A DNA stretch of 53,506 nucleotides, filler included, from Sphacelaria rigidula (Eukaryota): NCBI GenBank assembly GCA_964200075.2. It is 5 parts of 5 records of this genome, joined end to end, with 100 filler letters (N's around TTAATTAATTAA, not from the genome) between each part and the next. Parts side by side here need not be neighbours in the genome. Positions count along the whole stretch, not along the records: positions 42,886 to 53,506 come from CAXNAA020006184.1; 4 more parts are not named here. The stretch is one strand, 5' to 3'. A program made the position numbers and the translations under genes. Below are positions 47,451 to 53,506 of this stretch, piece by piece (positions within the stretch are counted from its first letter, which is position 1; every line of letters begins with the position of its first letter). Below the pieces are notes generated by a model that was not told where the DNA came from, made no database searches, and was given only the letters and a program-made list of their open reading frames with translations.

Positions 47451-49012
47451 CTCCCGTTTTTTGCATCGTTTTCATTGGATTCCAAGAAGATTTGTGCCAG
47501 GTCGTACCTTTTCGACCGCGACCATGTATAGTCTGTGGAATAAGTACCAGTTTTACTTGAAAAATCACTACATGACGAGATTATCTACACTCGCGACCTG
47601 AAGGATAAACAACATGCTCAGCTGATTAGCAGCTACTGCTCGAGCTGTGCGTCCTTGTTTTTGCGAGGGAAATGAATACTAGGAGTTCACCTTTGATTGT
47701 GTGGTGACTGCTAGTGTCAAGCCTTTGCATGCGTTCCTCTTTGAACTACAAACGAGGCAAAAATATTCATTTTTGGAATCGGCATCATTTTCAAAAGTAA
47801 ATGTCATGCACAACATGCTCAGCTGGTGAGCAGCCACGGCTTCTTCTCCAAACTATGACCTTTGTCATTACACAACGCACGCAGCTACCACCGGGGCTCA
47901 TGTATCTTGGGAGTCGATCCACTGACCGTGGCGGTGAAGCCGCCGAAACTCAGTTGCATATACATACATGTCAGCCGCATGAACATCCAGAAACATCCCT
48001 GATGGAGCCGCCTGCGTGGTGGTAGAGAATGGTTTGTCATCAAAGGGAGCCTCATCAAGGCACAAGGATGTAGGAACCTACCGCAAGGGGTCGACGGCCT
48101 TATGCGTCCATTTTGCTGGGTCGCACTGGGCGCTGGCCTGTTCATTCCTTTCATGTAATTCTCTATTTCATTTGTGGTCATGTATCAGGAGTTCGATGGC
48201 TTTTCCATTGTTTGCGATTGTTTTCACCGCGGGCTATATGCCTGCTACGCTGCTTGCTCTAAAACTTCCCGCATCAACTTCCCGTCTTTTTACCTCCCAT
48301 TCTTGCATTTCTTCGGTATCACACCATCTGGTCGCGACCGCTGGTCAGGTTTTCACGTGCGGTCCCATTCTGCGACCGACCCCTGGTCTGTTAATTCCTC
48401 CTTTTATTCGCATTATTTTTATCGATCGCTGGTCTGAGTTTCCTCAAGTCTCACAATAACCCAATCAATTCTCGATCCATGATGCGTTCGCTGGGACCAA
48501 ACTCGCGGAAAATGAGTGAATTTCGCTCAATTACACTGGTGGGCACTTTGCTACGCCCTTGGAACACCTTCCGAAGGTGAGACCTTCCGGCGACTCTTTC
48601 AAGGTGGATATCATGCTGGAGTTTCGCGGTATCACATTATGATACACTATGCGTGGTACCTGAGCAATGTACACTCTGGACAAGGGACACAATAGAAGTC
48701 CATTGGTTAAGCAGTAGACACGGAGAAAAACCTATCGATATATAACATCCAACAAGACAGATGGTGAACCACGTCTATTGGTATGTCTTGCAGGGGGCAA
48801 TAATAGATGTTGCAATAGTCGATCGATAGCCTATGGCAATTGCAATAGATAAAGACGACTCTCCATCGATGGGAATCGTGTACCGCATTAGATTCTGGGA
48901 TGTATGTATCGATAGCCATTGCCCTAGTCAATAGGTTTGGTGAGCCATCCATCGATAGTCATTGCCGTTATCGATAGATTTAGAACGCTATCGAACGATA
49001 TATTTGGTCGGC

Positions 49013-49362
49013 TGTCGTGAAGACGCATATTAGTCTGTTATCATGCCGCCTCAGATCCGTTGTCGAGTCTGGCTATTTGCCTTCTGGTGCTTCGGTGGCC
49101 AAGACTGCATGTCTGTTCAGAGTTGGTCGGTTACGAATATGAAGTTGTATACGAGAGAGATGGTGACGGCTTCGTTCCTCCTGGAACTCTGCCGCACCCC
49201 TCTCTCACTACCCATCGCTACCCTGTTGCTCTCCAGCAAGAGAAGTCTAAACATCGGTGAGACCTATTGACTTTGGAATTGGATTGATTGATTGGATACT
49301 GGAGTTAGAAACAAGACAATCAAGGAGGAGTTGAGAACCATCGCGTGAAAACCCGTCCGACA
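49013..49362 (+). repeat. 5' LTR of a second, related LTR retrotransposon (350 bp)
   Basis: It has TGTC...GACA termini and shares blocks with LTR 45901-46249 (gacgcatattag, tcatgccgcctcaga, agaagtct.aca.cggtgagac, ttggattgattgat.ggatactgga). A PBS-like tttgattgctgagcctg follows. Confidence 0.85.
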
Positions 49363-51119
49363 TTTGATTGCTGAGCCTGTGTGCAGCGCTTGCAAGCTGT
49401 GGCAGCCTGACTGATATACAATTGCCTCGTGAGCCTGTGCCCTTGGATTGCAAGCTGTGCCCTTGCAATATAGCACTACAGCTCTTCATTACATTGGCCT
49501 TTGAACAAGGAGCTTCGTCTTTTACAATTGCGTTTCCTTCTTGATACCGATTTGTATCCCTGCCCGTCGAGCTGCGTGGCCCCAGCTTTGTGATCACTTT
49601 TGCCCGCTTGTCTTTTTCTACGGTACGGTAAGTAGTCGAACCTATCACTTCCCGATAGCCAGTAGCTATTGCAAAGCTTCTGCCCTGTGTGTCCCCTCGT
49701 AAAGAGTATTCGTGCCCTGCTACTGTGACTTGCTGCAGCGCTTGACTGCACATCTTGTGCTACGTTGGGTCAACGCGCACCGCTTGCCAGTCTTGCCTTG
49801 CTGTCATTTTGTGACATATACACCTGCAAGCTACACGATGTAAGTTCCGACTGCACGACGTAAATTCCTTGGTGATTCAGTCCGGCACGATCACGCGCCA
49901 AGCCATCCTTGGCTCGCGTATTCGGTCTTGTTGCACCCTTTCCTTCTGCCAGGAGAAGTCTTCTACTACAGGTTTGTACAGAACACCAGTGCACAAGGCG
50001 CACTATTGCTCATAGTCAGCCGCTGTCCCTGACCTGAGCTCCAAGCCAAGTCAGCACTCTGTTGCTCTTATATTTTTAGTATCGAATGTACGCGACCGTT
50101 GTATCTTTCCTTCACGAAATTACTGAACAGGTACAACCCGTGCTCCCACAAAGTGACCACGGACATCTATACACGAGATTTGGACCCGTTCAGGCACTTT
50201 AAATTCGTTGATTGTAGCTACTTTTTTGTTGCTGCCCTCTTCTGTACTTCGCACAGCCGTAGAGTAACGCGGTACATCACCGTGGTAAGTAACAATACAC
50301 AACGAACTGTGAGTTTTTTTTTCTCATTTGAGCCCCTCTCGAACAAACAAAAGATCATTGTTCCGAGACGGTTTCGCTACGATAATACTCGTTTGCAACA
50401 TTCCAAACCTGTGTTACGTGCTCACTTGGAGCAGATAGCACTCGAAACCAGTGCTCCTTGCCTGTGCACTACATTTTGTCGGCATCCGCTCTCTGCGTTG
50501 CCCCTGTTATGCACAACGTCATCTTTGTGTCATATGCATACGTTGCCTCAACTCCGTTGTGTAACAAACCTTCGCCCTGCCCTACGCAGTCCGATCTCGC
50601 GGTCTACATCCCAAGCTTTGTAAAAGCTTTCGTGCTGCCTGACGCTGCACACTTTTGGTGCTCATTTGAAAAAAGAAAATGTACACCGCCAGTCGTTCCT
50701 CAGCTTGTGCCGGAATAAACCAGTTATGGTCTGCCGGTGACGCCACGCCCGGAACACGTGTAAGTTGTACGACTTTCACGTACTAACGCTGCTGCAGACA
50801 ATCGGGTCTTCACTTTTCTTCGACGACATACGTCTGTTCTGTGCGCAATCCCGAGCTCCGTTGATAGCTATTACCGCCAAAACTAAAATGAGTTGTATTA
50901 ACCAGACCCCGGACATAGTTGTTACATACAGCAATTCGCTTGAATAAAAAATACTCAATTAAATCAGGTCCCAAGGTCCCCTCAGGCGCTATTAGGCTTC
51001 ATTATCCCGTACTTCTGGATACAAGCTTCGGCCTTTGCACGTAGCATCTCTTGGTGTCACGCTCCTTTGATTAGAGCCGCAGACCAGACACACTGCCACT
51101 GCCTTTTTAAGCACACAAG

Positions 51120-53246
51120 TTGCGCGCGATTATCATGTCGCACAGAAAGAACGCTGGCTCTTCCCCTCAACTGGGAAATCAATCGCTTCGTCGGATCCGG
51201 AGTCAAACTACTGGCGGTTCGAAATCTTTTAATATGAGTGTCACATCACCTTCAACTCATCGCCGCACGTATGCGAGCGCTGTTCGAGTTTCGGGATCTG
51301 AAGACCAACCTTCGAGCGATGCTCGTTCTTCAAGGCTTGAAGACAAGACTATGACGCCGAGACCTGTTCTCTCACGTTCCGACTCGGACTCAGAGAACAA
51401 GGTAGTGCAACCGGCTGAGTCATTGGTTCCTGACGGACATGTCAGTGAACCCATAACGGTAGATTCCGTTGCACCCCCCTCGCTACGTTCTGTTCTTCCG
51501 AATCCCAAGGTGGAATCCAGAGTCAAGATTGTGCCCCTAGCTGAGTTGTTGCCCCTGGACCCACGTGTCCAGCTTGGCCCTGTAACGGTTGCTTCAACCG
51601 TGGCACCCCGTCGCTTGACGGCTGACAACTCTCGAGACGATTCTGTCCCGACGAAGCGTATCGCTTCTGGAGCAAGAGACTTTGTCACGCGGGCTACTTC
51701 CGTTACGGACCCCCTTCGCACGACTCTCGGTAGTCCCGTGCGCCCTACTACGCAGTCCAATGTCGGACCGGCAGTTGCGGCCATGCATGCTGCCATGCAA
51801 ACTCTGCATCGCACCTCATCGGCGTCATCGCCCTCGCCAGCGCCAGCTCTCATCGAGGCATTTACGGGTTTTTGCCACGCCACGCTTCAAGATAAATCGG
51901 TGTCTGCCTACGTGCAATTCAATGATGATTCTGCACCTGCCACGCTCAAACCCGTACGTTTGGCGCCCCGTTCGGCAACATCGTGCTCTCCGTTCGTCAC
52001 TCATGAAACATTCAACGAACATGAGTCCAGCCCTTCCTCAACGTCACACCAGCGTCTTACTCGCGTTTCTGACCGGCGCCGCACACCGAGACTTGGTCAC
52101 GACCACGTCTCCCGTTCTGGCAGTTCTAAGGGCAACTCTCAGCAAAGGTTGAATTCATCTCGCGTTTCTACACGCCCGAAGAACGTCACACATGGTTACA
52201 CTTATGACGGTGGTTCACGTCACAGTTTCAATTTATCGCGCGCTCAAAAGCGCCCGGTGAATGCTAACCGTGAACGTACTCACTAGGATGCTTTGCGGCA
52301 CAGATCAAGTTCTTCGCGCGTTAGCTCGCGCTCGAAACACACCGATCATGTACCCTCGCGCACCTCTCCTGCTCCGCATCTGTCACACCGCCGTCATGTA
52401 CGCAATGATAACACTGTACATGCTGATGATATCTAAAACGTATTTTCAGACATGTCACCGGCTCTGGACTTCTCCATTGAAGGGTCCGGCCGCACCTCAT
52501 CGAAAAACCGACGACCCCGCACTGACCGCGATCCATCGTTCCGCCCCGATGCTGTGATTCTTCGTTCTCTTCAACAACGCTTGACAGAACTCGAGCAACA
52601 ACTATCAGCCATGGACACTACAAGATCCGCTGCCGCTCTCGCCAAATGCACCACGGAGCCCTCTGGCGTTCCCGCAGCAACCACTGCCGCAACCACTGCA
52701 GCTCCTGCTACCGCTACCGTGGCCGCTGCTCCTTTCACCGCCGCCGCTCCGTCTGCTGTTGACACGGACGCTGACAGTGGTTCAACCACTGCCCCCGTGC
52801 GCTCGCCCCCATCCGTGGAGGTTCTCCCTCCGCTCAGCGACGAGCGCGGCTCGACCGGCCTACTTTTGAGGCTGTTCACAAACCGCCCCCGTGCGGAACA
52901 GCTCCAACTAATTGATGACTACGCGTCACAGGCACCTGCACTAGTACAGCACATCCTTGATCAGCACCGCGACGCTGACGCCGCCGCTGCCCACCTCCTT
53001 CTGGAGGACCACGCAGAGAAGCTCAAGGATCCTCAGCGGCAGGCCTCCCATGCTCAATACACGAGCACGGCGGCGCAACGAGCTCTGCAGGAGGGCCGTA
53101 CTGCAGCCATGGCGGCCCAGAAAAGGGTGCGCGAGCTCGAAGACCATGTCCGGCGAACGGCTCAAGAAGCGGACTCGTCGGTGGCACGCTTGTCTGACCA
53201 TCAAGCCTCTCCGTCTTCCGCCAGTTACTTGCCTAGCTTCCGTTAG
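51120..53246 (+). pseudogene. Gag-like ORF1 of element 2, interrupted by two stops
   Basis: ORFs 51120-52286 and 52452-53246 are in the same frame (TAG 52284, TAA 52434), about 700 codons in total. The sequence is S/T/P-rich and then coiled-coil-like (LQQRLTELEQQL), and starts 1.75 kb after the LTR. Confidence 0.6.
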
Positions 53247-53506
53247 CTTCGCCGGCAATCGCCCAACAGGTCTACTTACGTTATACCTCGTAAGTCCGAC
53301 ATAACGTCGTCTGCTGCGGCCGTTGCTGCCCCCATACCGGCTCCTACACCTCCACCTCATAGAGCTAGCTCGGCGGCGATTGCTGTTTCTGCAAAAGACT
53401 TGCAACTAGTGAGTCATCCTACGATAGGGGGGGGGGGATTTGGCTGCACGAAAAACGAGGCCCTGTAAGTGTGTCAGGCACCCTTCCACACTCGCGTTCG
53501 CCTTGT

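Overview
This is eukaryotic, very repeat-rich DNA. It is most likely from a brown alga (Phaeophyceae), inferred from the LINE, LTR and hAT families recognised by eye, the WSC exon and the spliceosomal GT-AG signals; no database was searched. It is a scaffold with four artificial 100-bp gap spacers (N44-TTAATTAATTAA-N44). The right third holds a decayed Ty3/gypsy element (gag relic, protease, RT, RNase H, integrase, 3' LTR) and the 5' LTR plus gag-like ORF of a second, related element. The integrase of the first element has a C-terminal extension with a chromodomain-like module followed by a PWWP/Tudor-like module, which is the most interesting observation here. The left two thirds are nested non-autonomous DNA transposons (hAT-like with TIR/TSD, mariner-like, fold-back), truncated RTE-like LINE 3' ends, and mini- and microsatellites. 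One ~0.94-kb near-perfect palindrome has its loop flipped relative to a sister copy. Host-like coding sequence is limited to a six-exon, phase-consistent minus-strand gene or pseudogene ending in a coiled coil (23278-25084), an isolated WSC-domain exon (~19864-20019) and a few relic exons. No rRNA, tRNA or CRISPR array was seen. Most ORFs in the track are spurious.
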